From positions 66,960,001-67,024,000 of the forward strand of contig NC_043004.1 of the NCBI RefSeq assembly GCF_006345805.1: DNA of 64,000 bases. Direction: 5' to 3'. Position 1 is the first letter of the stretch; every line of letters starts with the position of its first letter. Both the position numbers and the translations under genes were made by a program. Positions 13,558-26,991 of the stretch are shown piece by piece. The notes under the pieces are model-generated. The model ran no database searches, had not been told where the DNA came from, and was given only the letters and a program-made list of their open reading frames with translations. This DNA comes from Octopus sinensis (Eukaryota).

Positions 13558-13652
13558 ACATCCTGGGGTCGATTTGCTCGACTAAAGGCGGTGCTCCAGC
13601 ATGGCCGCAGTCAAATGACTCAGACAAATAAAAGAATTAAAAGAATAAAAGT
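13558..13652 (+). mobile_element. SINE family B, 3' tail only
   Basis: cctggggtcgatttgctcgactaaaggcggtgctccagcatggccgcagtcaaatgact..ataaaagaattaaaag. Confidence 0.8.
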
Positions 13653-13996
13653 ATATATCATCGTCGACGCAGCCAGCATCTATTCGGTGTTTATGATGTA
13701 TTACTATCACTTCTACAAAGAGGTTTTCGGATTTTTTTTCTGAAGTCTTTGCCTTTCGATATTGAAGATAAATCGTTGTCTTTTACCATTAAATCCCAAA
13801 TCAAATATTATGACACATCCTATTATAAATGATAGAGAATATCTATTTGAGATGACGAATAATTCATATTGTACTGTGGATGTTCGTACTGTAGTTACAT
13901 GATTAAATGAAGACATAGACGAAGACACTGACAACACAAGTTTATATGCTGCGTATAAGAAGCAATGTACTCCAGCATGTGAGGCTGACGACCAAG

Positions 13997-14276
13997 TTGT
14001 TTGTTGTTGTTGTTTCTTCCTTCTCGAGCCACGCCTGGGTCATAAGGGCCGGTTTCCAGGTTTCCTTGGTTTATAGGTTCCCCACCTGGACGGGACGCCG
14101 GTCCGTCGCAGGTGAGCTGCAAGATGCAGGAGGAAAGAGTGAGAGAAAGTTGTGGCGAAAGAGTCAATAGAGGTATTTCGCTCATAAACCCACACATTGC
14201 CTGCCCGGTCTGAAATCCGAACCTGCGATCCCTCGACCACAATTCCGGTGCTCTAGCCACTAGGCTATGTGCCTCC
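13997..14276 (-). mobile_element. SINE family A variant with (CAA)n tail
   Basis: Reverse complement: ggaggcacatagcctagtggctagagcacc.. head, ctctttcgccacaactttctctcac core, ggcgtcccgtccagg, ending aaggaagaaacaacaacaac. Confidence 0.75.
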
Positions 14277-14757
14277 AAGACAACCAAGTTAGCGACAGGA
14301 AAATATTTAAGGGACGACAAAATTATTCAGTTAACTACCAACGTGGGAGATAGACCGGGCCGAAAATAATGGCTGTAAATGAAATCTGTTTCATATTTAA
14401 GACGGAGAATTAGCAAAGCCAAGTAACATCTTAAGTGCTAGTCATATTTATTCCAAATAAATATTGTCTACAGAAAAAATCTCTAGTGGAGAGACATGTG
14501 TTCTGTAAACTCATTGCTAAATTGTACTTTCAGAAACAAATATTTTCTCATGTGGAAACACACATTTTCCCATTTAGCATGAAGTATTCATTGTGCTTTT
14601 TTCTTCTAAATGCTATCAAAGGTCTCTGATACAATCACATTCTTAAGAAAAGATAAATTGCTACACGATCTGAAAACAAATTACCACAATATGAAAGGCT
14701 GACATGAACATACATGCGTTCTTTCATACATACAAACAAACAAACATACATACATAT

Positions 14758-14838
<81 letters not shown>

Positions 14839-14869
14839 AATGTTTAGGCATATATATTTTCTTTCATTT

Positions 14870-15030
14870 CCCTGCCCCCTTTCAATGTTTTCTGTCCAAG
14901 AGCGTAGGCTCGAAACGTCAAAGTGTTTTCCAGTCATCCTGAGCGTCAAACTAATACATCTGCTTGTTGTTCCTTCAGCTGTCTTCATCTTTTGTTTCCT
15001 GTAAATTCGTACTATATATATATATACACT
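14870..15030 (+). repeat. About 170-bp dispersed Penelope-LTR-like repeat with hammerhead-like core (copy 1 of 3)
   Basis: gagcgtaggctcgaaacgtc..ctgagcgt..ctaatacatctg..gtaaattc; homologous to 20715-20905 (+) and 36225-36415 (-). Confidence 0.6.
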
Positions 15031-16424
15031 CACGTATGTAAAATAGAATTTGAGTACGAATACGAAGTGACTGCGATCTAAATTGTAATAGAGAATACCT
15101 TGTACCCATGTATATATGTGCCAAGTACTTTAAGCGTTCATCTGTAATGTATTTATGACCACTTATCTTTAGCCGTATATGTACGTGCATAAGTCTTGTG
15201 TGAGCTTGTGTGTGTGTACATATATAGCTACAGGTATCTATATGTGGATATACATGGATACATGCATATATATATATATTTATATATACGTACATACACG
15301 TATATATATGCTTGTATATATGCCTGTCTATCTCTATGTATGTACGTATGTATGCATCTATATGTGAATGTATGTAGTATGTACGTATTCATTCGCATAT
15401 ATCTTTATATATGGATATATGGCGTTGAAGGTGAAAGAGGTGAATTTAAAATTGAGAGCTATTAGGTACGAAAGGAAATTCCGAAAACAAAAGCAAAAAA
15501 ATAGATAAACAATGCAATGCTCCTGTCTGTATTACACACGGTTTCTCAACTTTGAGCTAAAGGAGAAATATGCTACACATAAAATCCGATTCGACCTCCA
15601 AGCCAATACTGTTTCTTTTATTCTTAACGTGATAAATTCACTTAAAAGTTATGAATAAATTCCCCGACGTTCTCAGGCGTATCAAACAGTAAAGATAAGA
15701 GAAAGGCAAGGAAAATGAAAGCCGCTTCAAGCAACCCTTTCACCTGTTTCAAATTCAATTGTCGAGAAAGTTTTGAAATTGCCATCATGATTCTCACTAA
15801 AGGGCGTGAACTTGGAAACTTTGAAGATTCTGGAGGAAAAAAAAAAAAAGAGATCGACAAAGATTTCCAACTGTGGCAAGTGAATTATGCATTCAAATGC
15901 TTTCAGCGATACAGTTGTGAACTGATCATACAAGAATAACATGTGGCATGCTAAATGAAGTCAGTAAGAAAAAAAGAAAATGTTACTGGTTACGTCAGTG
16001 GTGAACTTAGCTCAAGATATGTTAAACAAGCGGACGTTTGCGTTGGAAACGAACGCACTGACGTCTTATGATCTCAAAGGTTTATTATATTCCAAATCTT
16101 TCAAATTAACAGACACTGAATTATAATAAGCGATTCATTCAAATGTCTGTTTACCATATTCCGCTATTGGACTGTGGCTATGAAAGGACAAAAAATTGTA
16201 AGTTTTACTCGAACAAATCCAGTCGGTGCTTACTTTTTCTAAATCTAATATTATCCTATATTTATCGAACTATTAATTTATTAAGATGTAAAGAAATCTC
16301 TTCTAATCGCGTAGCTTTCTGAGTCAAATACAAACACATACTTATGCATACATATATACATACGTACAAACATATATTCATACTTACATGCATACATACA
16401 TGCATTCATCAATAAAATGTAAAC

Positions 16425-16770
16425 ACAATAGACCTGGTATAATGATTTCTTAGTGGGGAGCGAAACTGTGTGCAGTTGTGGAAATCAGCTGCCCAGGGGA
16501 AGTAATTATAAACGTGAAGATCATGGAAAAAGAGAATATCTACCTTGAACTTTTGAGAAATCTTCAGTCACTCCATCCAGATTACAAGTTCAGCTTCATG
16601 CTTCTAATCTTTGGGGGTACTGGAATATGTAACAGACTGCCTAAATACCAATGTTTAGAAATTAGGCTTCTGATAACCGGGAAAGAGAAAACTGATTCGA
16701 AGACTGCAGATCCAATCCATCAATGGAATTGTAAAAATGTGTAAAACTTTCGAGAAATTTATCATGTAAA
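16425..16770 (+). mobile_element. RLE-class LINE 3' fragment (restriction-like endonuclease domain)
   Basis: HNRPGIMIS*..VVEISCPGEVIINVKIMEKENIYLELLRNLQSLHPDYKFSFM..GG.G (PD..E.S.P..K..KY-like RLE motif); frameshifted. Confidence 0.7.
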
Positions 16771-16847
16771 TATATATATGACCATGTGTAGACATGCAAC
16801 AATATGCATGAGAATTCATACATAAACTAAAGCGTACAAATATACAC

Positions 16848-16932
<85 letters not shown>

Positions 16933-17384
16933 TATATTACGGAGATGTACGTGCATAGCAAGTGATTTGATCTGAGATCGTGTACTGGAACGAAAACTAT
17001 TGCAGCGTGGAAGGTGTTTATAAGCCATTTAAGAAACGCAAAAAAACGTTAGATTCACTTCAACATTTAAATATAATTTGTCTAAACATTTTCACCGCTT
17101 TGAGACCGCGACCTGTTCACTGACAAAACTGACAATAATACGATGCAAGGTGAGATTCTATTTAAAACGTAACTTTGAAAACGAAAACAATTATAGTTGT
17201 TTCTTTGGAGAATTTTTTTCCTGTTGGTGTTTTGATGTGCAACGTGCGACATATGACAGGCTCCAAAAATATGAGAGACAACATAGTACAATTTATATAA
17301 CTGAAATTAACGTGGAATTGGAATATGAAAGGTTGTTCTGTCGACAAACCTTGAGATATATGATATATATATATATATATATAT

Positions 17385-17530
17385 ACATGGGACAAGAACG
17401 CAAAAGACAGGTGAAACAAAAAAGGGACAACAAAATATCCATACAGACGATATGAGGAAAACAAGGACGGATCATCGAAGTTTCCTACCATCGGTCGAGT
17501 TCCAGATTATCTTTGCAATTTCGGTTGGTT
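17385..17530 (-). repeat. Second dispersed Penelope-LTR-like mini-repeat
   Basis: Reverse complement of 22490-22650 (aaattgcgaagataatctg..acttcgaatgactcgtcctt..ggatgttttgcgtccttgtccca); partial copy at about 18130-18190. Confidence 0.5.
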
Positions 17531-18209
17531 ATACTCGAGATTGCTCCTGTCTGGCCAGCCCTAAGGAAAAAAAAGCTAAGTGCATTACATTCCTTGGAAG
17601 AAAGCAGCGAATGTATACAAAACAAGGACGGAAAAACAGAGAAATGTTACACTAATACAAATAACAGGACAAGTGTCTTTCGGCTAAGGACGAATTAAAT
17701 TGAGCTGGCGTGTCTGGAAGTAAAGCCTTAAATCGGGGACAAAAGATTTAACAAGCACCGGAAGGAATATAGATGATGCACTGACAGTAGTCCAACAAAG
17801 AAAGGTCAGGCCTGGCTGAACACCGGTCACATGGGGAGAGAAGAGAGAGAGGTAGAGGCAAAGGGATAGTAGAATTAAGGAGGGGTGAGAGAAAAATGAA
17901 GGAGACACAGTGAAGTGAAAGAGGGAAAGTGAGCATGAATAGAAGGCCAGGAAATGTGAGAGAACGAAAGAACGAAGAGTGGAATGAACGAGGTGAGAAT
18001 GTGCCAATAGAAATATGGAAAGAATGAAATAATAAAAGGAACAATAGAGACGTACAAAATTTAGAAAATACTCTTACATATAAGAGACCAAAGTGCACGT
18101 ACGCCGCTATATTATATATATAAAAATGCAAAAATGGGACATGAACGCAAAACATCCAGACAGTTAGGAGAAACAAAAACGGGACATCAATATATATATA
18201 TATATATAT

Positions 18210-18270
<61 letters not shown>

Positions 18271-19488
18271 AGTGAGTGAGATGGGATTTTTTCCAGTTCT
18301 GAGTTACTTCTATTAAAAATATAATGCATAAATGTCAATGTGATTGATCTTACGATCAGGAAAATTAAAATGAATGCTGAATACATAACTTGACACACAC
18401 GAACGCGCACACCTCCACAAGTTCGTATATGCACACACATATTCATACATACGTATACACATGCATACATACATACACACATATTTAATACATACATATA
18501 TAAATATATATATATATCTATATACATACATATTCTTGTTAGAAATGTTAGACGGAGTAATTCATACAAATCTGTCGCAGCATTAGATTTTGTTAACTTT
18601 TACAGAACTAAATAATCTATACATTTAAATCACAGGGCTAAAGTTGAACAAACTATAAATAAGCGTCTACAAAAAATCGTTATATATTTTCATTGATCAA
18701 CTCCATGGGTACATGTTCTTATTTTATAATGTAACATTATCAAATTCTCGTTTACAGTTATTTTCACCTCATATATATGTACGTTAGAGTCTCTGTGTGG
18801 GTATGAAGGTGTTTTATATGTATAATTATATATATATATACATATATATATAGATACACGTATATATGTGTATATATGTATATATAAATATATGTATATA
18901 TATATATATGTATATATATTATATATATATACAAATATATTTAAATATATATACATACACGTATATACATGTATATATATATATATACAGGTATGTATAT
19001 ATATATGTGTGTGTGTGTATATGTGTGTATGCGTGTGTGTTTGAGTGTGGGTATGTGTGTGTGATGCACACACACATGCGCACATTTCCATGCATCTTCA
19101 GGAAATATAAATGTCTATATTAATGTAAGCATATACATGGACACACAACAAAATGTATGCACAGAGGTGCGAGTGTATGTGTGTATGTGTGCGGGAATAC
19201 GTTCGAATATTGCTTATTAATATATACACATGTTCAATAATGCATATGCACAATAAATGATTTTTTGTAGGCAAATCGATATTTGTGAACATTAACATAT
19301 TTTCCATTAAGCTTCATCGGTAAAAACGTACATATACATTCTGAGACAGACCTATCGCTTCTACACGAAGACATACATACATATAAATGTATATTTATAT
19401 ATCCACATATATATAAATATACATATGCATGTATGTGAGCGTTTATGTATAAGTATATAGAATTAGACATGTATATACACACATATGC

Positions 19489-19555
<67 letters not shown>

Positions 19556-20094
19556 TATGTATATATACTTGTGTACGTGAGTATGTACCCACTTCTTATA
19601 AAATCTAACTCTGGAACTGCAATACTAAAGCTTTGATACCACCATGCAACCTCAGTAATTGGTTGGGTGAACTGCTAGCTTTGCGACCAGGTTTTTTGGT
19701 TTCGATTTATGAGACGTTCCACTTAGGCTATGTCTTATCCAAAAGCATTCAAAGACGATGCATTTTCATTGGCATTCAGTTGAAGTGATATCTATGAATT
19801 AAATGTCCTCATGTGTGTGTACACACTCACACACACACACACACAAACACACACGCCCACACTCACATTATTTCAAAAGCAGCAGAAATATCACAAAAAA
19901 CTGTTACTCAGAGTTTCACGTTCCCGTTCGGCTGACAATTTTGTTAGAATCCGACAATCGGGAACATGGAATTCTGAGTAACAGCTTTTGTGATGTTTCT
20001 GCTGCTTTTTAATAAAGCATATTACTCTGACTCTGGTAATTGAGTAGTCTTTTTTCCACCTTATTTCACATTTATGTGCTTACTCCGAAAAGTT

Positions 20095-20190
20095 GGGAAG
20101 CTGGCAGAATCGTCCGCATGCCAGGCAAAATGCTTAGCGGTATTTTGTTTGACGCTACATTCTGAGTTCATGTTCCGCCAAGATCGATTT
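20095..20190 (+). mobile_element. SINE family C 5' part, interrupted by SINE-B
   Basis: aagctggcagaatcg..ggcaaaatgcttagcggtattttg..ctgagttcatgttccgcc directly followed by a SINE-B head. Confidence 0.7.
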
Positions 20191-20191
20191 T

Positions 20192-20640
20192 TAGGCACAG
20201 GAGTAGCTGTGTGGTAAGTAGTTTGCTTACCAACCACATGGTTCCGGGTCCAGCCCCACAGCGTAGCACCTTCGGCAAGTGTCTTATTAGTATAAGACAC
20301 AGATATACAGATATAGCCACGGGCCGACGACAGCTTTGTGAGTGCATTTGGTAGACCGAACCTGAAAGAAGCCTGTCGTATATATGTATATATGTACATA
20401 TATAAGTTCATGTGTGTGTGTGTTTGCGTGTCTGTGTTTGTCCCCCCCCACCAACATCGCTTGATAACTGATGGTGGTGTATTTACGTCACTATCACTTA
20501 GCAGTTCGGCAAAATAGATCGATACAATAACAACTAAGCTTACAAAGTGTAAGTCCTGTGGTCGATTTGCTCGACTAAAGACGGTGCTCCAGCATGGCCG
20601 CAGTCAAATGACTGCAACAATTAAAAGAGTAAAAAAGAAT
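20192..20640 (+). mobile_element. SINE family B (full length)
   Basis: Head taggcacaggagtagctgtgtggtaagtagtttgcttac, internal TA/TG run, tail cggtgctccagcatggccgcagtcaaatgact. Confidence 0.9.
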
Positions 20641-20714
20641 ATATATATATATATATGCGTGTGTGTGCGTATACACAGTCACCATGATAGATCGTGAGCC
20701 ACTACACACATTTT

Positions 20715-20905
20715 ATTCTCTCTTTTTTTTTCTCCTTTATTTCTGTCCTTGTTTTTTTTCTCTGTTCCTTTCCGTAGAAGAGTGTAGGCTCGAAACTTAA
20801 AAGACTTTTTCTATTCCAGAGTGTTATACTAATACATCTGTTTGTTTTGTACATCACCTGCCTTCGTCTTTTGATTTTTTCGTAAACTCTCCCTCTCTCT
20901 ATATA
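20715..20905 (+). repeat. About 170-bp Penelope-LTR-like repeat (copy 2)
   Basis: cctttccgtagaagagtgtaggctcgaaacttaaaagac..ctaatacatctgtttgttttgtac..cgtaaactctccc. Confidence 0.6.
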
Positions 20906-21876
20906 TATATATGTACATACATACATATATACATTTGTGCGTACGTGTATCTATATGTCTATTTGAGTCAGTGAATCGTGCATGTAAAGGATATTAACAT
21001 CGAAATAAAACTACAAAGTTGTGTATTACTGACTTCATTATATGCTTTATGTTTCATAAACCTTTTCCAATCTCTCCTCATCAAAAATGTTTTGGACTGA
21101 TACTTAGACCATTGGAAACCTATAAACAAGAAAGCTTTTGTTAAGAAATTGCAAAAGAAAATACATCTATGCATACGTTCGGACATACGCACGCACACAC
21201 TCACACTTTTACACTCACACACACACACAGAGTATTATATATATCCAACATATAACGGATAAGCATATGTAGAGGTATATCGTTCTCCTTGCTGCTCATT
21301 ACATTTACAGTTCAATTACACCTGCACCTTCATACATGCATACAAATATGGCCACTTCTTTGCACGTCTTTGTAGATACACAGAAACACATAGACGCGTA
21401 TATGTAAACATACAATAAAATATATTTGTCTATGTGTATTTATGTATGTATGTGTATATGTATGTATGCATGAATATATGTAAGTTTTCATATATGTAAT
21501 ATATATGTATACATCAGCTTTTCAATGTTTGTATGCGCTGAAAATTATATTTGCTTAGATGCCATTTTATTTCTATTTTGCTTATTTCTTCTGCACGAGT
21601 CTAGAAAACGGAAATAAACAGGAAATTCGTTTTTTGTCTTATACATAATGAAGGAATTTTTGCATACATATATTTCACCTTTGATATGTGTGTATATATA
21701 CTACATTTCTATGGTGATATTTTTGCAGTGTATCATAATCCTGTGTAAGTCATGGATTCTTGTATAATTTGCAATAAAAAAATGTGTACAGAATAGGAAA
21801 TTTTGCATGATAGTAATTATATGTATATGTGTGTAAGAATAAATATAGATATATTTGTATGTAAGTGTGAATGTAC

Positions 21877-21913
<37 letters not shown>

Positions 21914-22390
21914 GATATATATATATATATATATATATATGTACGTGTGTGTGTACGTGTTGATGGATGTAGGTTTGTGTGTTTATTTAAGTATCGAAAG
22001 GTGTACATAAAACATATATACAGACTTATAGGTATGTTTAGAAATCTCTCACGACACACATATTTTAATGCATATGTAGGTATATATGCAATGTGTGTTC
22101 GTTGTGCTGCAAGTGTTCTGTAAGATATTCTATGGAAAGAATCTACGTTTATTTCACAAATATCATGTTCCGTTTATCACAATTGACCAAAGGATGACAA
22201 CGGGGAAATAGGAATAACGATTTACATTTTCCAACACACTGCTATACACACACGCGCGTGCGCACAGATATGCAAATATATTTATGCATATATGTTTCAG
22301 TGTGTCTATGTATGTATGTATGTATGTATGTATGTATATATATATGTCTCTGTGTGTGTTCATATATATATATATATATTATATATATAT

Positions 22391-22422
<32 letters not shown>

Positions 22423-22489
22423 ATATATATATATAATGCTCTTCGCTTAGTTTTCACTTGGGGCTGGCCAGATTGGAGCAATCTCAAGT

Positions 22490-22650
22490 ATAGTCAGCCG
22501 AAATTGCGAAGATAATCTGATACTTGACTGAGGAAAGAAAACTTCGAATGACTCGTCCTTGGTTTCTTTGTATCATCAATCTGGATGTTTTGTTGTCCTC
22601 TTTTCGTATCACCTAAATGTCCGGATGTTTTGCGTCCTTGTCCCATTTTG
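22490..22650 (+). repeat. Second Penelope-LTR-like mini-repeat (copy)
   Basis: Homologous to the reverse complement of 17385-17530; contains gactgaggaaagaaaacttcgaat. Confidence 0.5.
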
Positions 22651-23262
22651 TATATATATTTATATATATATATATAATGCATAAACAAACGACGTAACGT
22701 ATACCGAATGTAAAAACGAAAGGGAGACAAACAGATGGTCCATAATTCTTCTTCAGTTATCGACTAATTGGTAGTGTTCAGTTTCGCATATTTAACGATA
22801 TGTCTGTGTACTTCCCAATTGGCGGCGCCCGCAAATTGCTTTTTTCTTGCGGAGAATTAGTGACGATAGCAAACAAAACAAAAGAGATAAAACGACACAG
22901 AGTATGATATCGGACGGTGGACGATTACGAAATGTCAAACAAGATACGGCTTTAAGGCAAAGGAGGTGAGAATAGTGGGTAGCGCTTAGAAAATGTCATG
23001 AGGGATGGAAAATGGAGAGACAGAGACTTTGCGACTGGTCAAACAAGGAACCAATTAAAGAAAGGGAAAATAGGAAGATAAAGGGAAACTGGTAGCTGGT
23101 CAATTGAGAGCAGCAGGCAGAGGAGAAAGACAGCGAGAGTGACAGAGAAAAAATGTGAAGGAGATGAAGAATTTAGGAATACAAGATGAAGAGTGAGAAA
23201 AGGGGTAAGTAGAAATGCTAGAAGTCAGAAGGATAGAGAAAGAAAAAATAAAAGAATGAAAG

Positions 23263-23315
<53 letters not shown>

Positions 23316-23472
23316 AAGAGGTATATAAAAACTTGCTTCTTAATACAAATTCGGTGTGTGTGGCGTTGCCACCCGTTCGTTTTTACATCCAGTATACTCT
23401 ACGTCGTGTGTATATACATTTTTCATTAATGGAACGCACCACTCTCCGAATATGTATTTACTAGTAAATTCC

Positions 23473-23531
<59 letters not shown>

Positions 23532-23636
23532 TTAAATGATTATTCTGGATCATATTCACCATCTACATAAATTTCTGCTTCCCATTCGCTTGGCAGACAG
23601 TCGGACCGTAATTGCTATAACAGTGTTATAGTGAAG

Positions 23637-24066
23637 ATGTTATAGCACGCCGGGCGAAATGCTCAGCAGTATTTTGTCTGTCGCTACGCTCTGAGTTCAA
23701 ATTCCGCTGAAGTCGACTTTTCCTTTCATCTGGAGGTCGATGTAATCGCCTTAATCCGTTGGTCTGTCCTTGTTTCTACCCCCTGGGTTTAGCCCCTTGT
23801 GGGTCGTAAAGAAATAGGTATTTCGTCTGCCTCTACGTACTGAGTTCAAATTACACCGAGGTCGACTTTGCCTTTCATCCTTTCGGGGTCGATAAATTAA
23901 GTACCACTTACGCTCGGGGTTCGATGTAATCGACTTAATCCATTTGTCTGTTCTTGTTTGTCCCCTCTGGGTTTAGCCCTTCGTGAGTAGTAAGGAAATA
24001 GATATTTCGTCTGCCGCTACGTTCTGAGTTCATATTCCGCCGACGTCGACTTTGCCTTTCATTCTT
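23637..24066 (+). mobile_element. SINE family C tandem array (one head, three bodies; period about 184 bp)
   Basis: Tail gtaaagaaata joins ggtatttcgtctgcc at 23816/23817 and gatatttcgtctgcc at 24000/24001. Confidence 0.85.
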
Positions 24067-24354
24067 TACGTTGATTTTCAAGCGTTTCCACAATGTCTCT
24101 CTAGAAAGCATGCTCGTTATGTGGCGTTGCCAAGTAAGCTAATGTCACGCGATATAGACTGTTTCCAAAGTTTTATTTTCGTTTCTCTGTTATTAATTTT
24201 ACACTCGTCTCTATCTTAGTAGAAACTGATGAAGCTTAGTTCAGATATTCTCATTTTAAAAATCATCTCTTGAAATCATCGTTGAAAGGACGTCTGTGTT
24301 GCCTTAGCGGAGGTTTATGCTCTCTGAGTGCTCTTGTTATTGTTTTTGTTGTGA

Positions 24355-24560
24355 AAGCGCATGGCTCAGTGATTAGAGCGTCGGTTTCACAATCATGCGG
24401 TAGTTATTGGGATTCCAGGAACGGGCTGTGTGTTTTGTTCTTGAGCAAGACACTTTTTTCTCCTTGCTCCAGTTCAGTCAGATGTAGAAATGAGTGCCAA
24501 AGTGTATCGGCCTTTGCTTTTTCCCTTGGATAACATTGGTGGCGTTGAGAGGAGAGGTCG
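24355..24560 (+). mobile_element. tRNA-derived SINE, family D
   Basis: agcgcatggctcagtgattagagcgtcgg.. head, then gttcttgagcaagacactt..ttgctccagttca..gtagaaatgagt central domain; second copy at 41423. Confidence 0.7.
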
Positions 24561-24688
24561 GAATTCATTAGCGACCGCTTCTCATAAAAAAAACAACTTT
24601 CCCGGACATGGACCGCGAAGGGGAACATTCAAGATGCCATCCCTTAGTCATTCATGGCCGAAGGGGGTCTTTGCTATTGTTGTTTTTG

Positions 24689-24942
<254 letters not shown>

Positions 24943-24943
24943 A

Positions 24944-25140
24944 AGCTGGCAGAACTTTTAGCACACTGCACGAAATGCTTAGCGCTATTTCTGCCGTCGC
25001 TACGTTCTGCGTTCAAACTCTGCCGAGGTCGATAAATTAAGTACTTTTGGGGGTCGATAAATTAAGTACGAGTGAATCACTGGGGTCGAGGTTATCTATT
25101 AGACCTCCCCCCCACAAAAAAAATTGAAATCTTGTGCCTC
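24944..25140 (+). mobile_element. SINE family C (alternative tail)
   Basis: aagctggcagaac..gaaatgcttagcgctattt..gttcaaactctgccgaggtcga; ggggtcgataaattaagtac duplicated internally. Confidence 0.7.
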
Positions 25141-25469
25141 CTATTTTTCTGTTCAGTCCAATGTGTCTTTCATTCAAGGAAGCAGAACAGGAGGAGGTAC
25201 ATGGGATGGAAAAATAACGGAAGAGGTCACAGGCAATGAAAATAAGACGAGATAAGAAAAATAATATACGAGTGAAGAACGAATATATAAGCGTTTGTGT
25301 ATTTGGAAAGAAAAAAGTATGATCATACTTTTATATGAATTATAAAATTATATGCCTGGTAATACGGTCATAGAATGATCGACTGCTTTGCATCAATCAA
25401 GCACTTAGACTTATAGTTTCGTTTTTGGTAACACATTGCACATGGCTGCCTATATTAATTATATATATA

Positions 25470-25986
25470 TACTAGCAGTATCGCCCGGCGTTGCTCGGGT
25501 TTGTAAGGGAAATAACTATATAAGCATTTTTAGAGAGTTACTTCCCTTATAGATGCCAATTCGGGCTTTCTTAGCCATTTCTGTTTTGGTGTCTTCAAGC
25601 CATGAAGTCGTTGTTCTAAAAGAATGCTGGTCTCCTTGACAACGCTTTACGACGTTGATTTCCTTACACTCCCTTCCCCACAGCTTCACGAGGGAGGGAA
25701 GAAGGGGGAGAAGCAACACAGGTGCAGGTGTTTGAGCGTGGACGCCAACTCCGCCGCCATCGACACACGAAATATTATGCATTAAAATGGAATAAAAAAT
25801 GATGTTAAATTATTTTTAAAATCGTAGACTCATCGTAGACGCGCGCTAATAGCCTGACGGGCTCGATATGAATCACGACTATAAGATGCCCGAATTTGGT
25901 TAAACTGCACCGCAAAATGTGGGAGTAGTAAGGAATCTAAATCGAAGGGGACAGACACTCACACAACTGGTTTTATATATATAGAT
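25470..25986. mobile_element. Non-autonomous Helitron-like element (Lep1/HINE-like architecture)
   Basis: Starts t-actagcagtatcgcccggcgttgctcggg (short hairpin cccg..cggg) and ends acagacactcacacaact..ttttatatatatagat, the terminal layout I recall for Lep1-type Helitrons; no coding capacity. Confidence 0.55.
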
Positions 25987-26006
25987 ATAGATCATTACCT
26001 TCGCAG

Positions 26007-26191
26007 TATATCATATAAAAACAAATTGGCTTCTACGTGCTTGTTCCTACAAACGTACGATCGACATTGACTTATCAAACCGGCGAGATGCTTATAAATT
26101 TTGTTACAAATACTTCAAACCTTATGCCTTTCTTGTGGAGGGTCCTCATTGGTTTCCAAATGACACGTGTGGAATGAACGGCATTATTCGC
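26007..26191 (+). CDS. Candidate host exon, product unknown
   Basis: ttaccttcgcag| acceptor, 61 open codons (YHIKTNWLLRACSYK..VEGPHWFPNDTCGMNGIIR), |gtattt donor; non-repetitive; no family recognised. Confidence 0.3.
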
Positions 26192-26316
26192 GTATTTGTT
26201 TTATTCACTCAATTTCTGTCACGAGCCTGTTCATCCCTGTTGTGAATGTCGAGATCGAATTCCATCAGTCCTTGAAACGCATCATGGGTTTTAACTGATG
26301 TATATTTTTCTTCCAG

Positions 26317-26357
26317 CCAACTTTTCATAAAATATCTACATGGAAATGTCCTGTACA
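26317..26357 (+). CDS. Candidate small exon
   Basis: tttttcttccag| PTFHKISTWKCPV+CA |gtaaag; phase-compatible with both neighbouring candidates. Confidence 0.3.
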
Positions 26358-26429
26358 GTAAAGGAAGACTTTGCGTATGTGAGCTTCTATAAGCTCTTTT
26401 CTGTTCGTGTGTATGAGTATATGTATATG

Positions 26430-26466
<37 letters not shown>

Positions 26467-26870
26467 ACCAATATATATATTTATGTATACACACATACAT
26501 GTACGCGCGCGCACACACACACACTCAAACATGAATATATGTGTGTGTGTGTATGGGATTGCTGTATACATGCGTATAGTTGCATGTGTTTGTAGCTATA
26601 CTCATTACTAAATACAGAGAAAGAAGAGATGGACAGGCTGAAAGAGAGAGGAGAGAAAGAGAAGTGGAGAGGAAAATTCATACACTATTTTGATCTCCTG
26701 AGATAACGTCCACGCAACACAAGCATTTTTGAAAATAAAAACCTATTTATATGCAAGTTTATGGCTGATATTTCAATTCTTTCAACAGTCGTGCATAACT
26801 TACAAACTGCTTTTTTACCGATATATGCTGTACCTCTTCTTCTTTTTCTTTTTTCTTTTTATTTTTTTAG

Positions 26871-26991
26871 GAGGCTCGATGAAGATTTTGCGATAGACAT
26901 TATTGAAGAATTTGCCTTCGTAAATCATGAGAAATATATACTTCGAAATTTCAATATTAGCTGGCTTCCCATTTTGATGGGAACGAATGAT
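26871..26991 (+). CDS. Candidate host exon (alternative donor at 27078)
   Basis: Very strong 35-nt polypyrimidine tract ending ttttttag|; G+RLDEDFAIDIIEEFAFVNHEKYILRNFNISWLPILMGTND |gtacgt; frame stays open to AAG|gtaaac at 27078. Confidence 0.4.

Noticed and set aside
17748-18569. 273-aa hydrophobic ORF, and the many [16 protein letters not shown] ORFs across the window
   Set aside because: Open only because (TA)n, (CA)n, (GA)n and purine-rich tracts lack stops on that strand.
22757-22901. Candidate exon YRLIGSVQFRIFNDMSVYFPIGGARKLLFSCGELV..
   Set aside because: AG/GT-bounded and open for 48 codons, but not phase-compatible with the next candidate and no recognisable homology.
26209-26350. 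Minus-strand terminal exon TFPCRYFMKSWLEEKY..RDRN*
   Set aside because: It has a plausible acceptor but overlaps the plus-strand candidate chain and has no convincing partner exon; kept only as an alternative.
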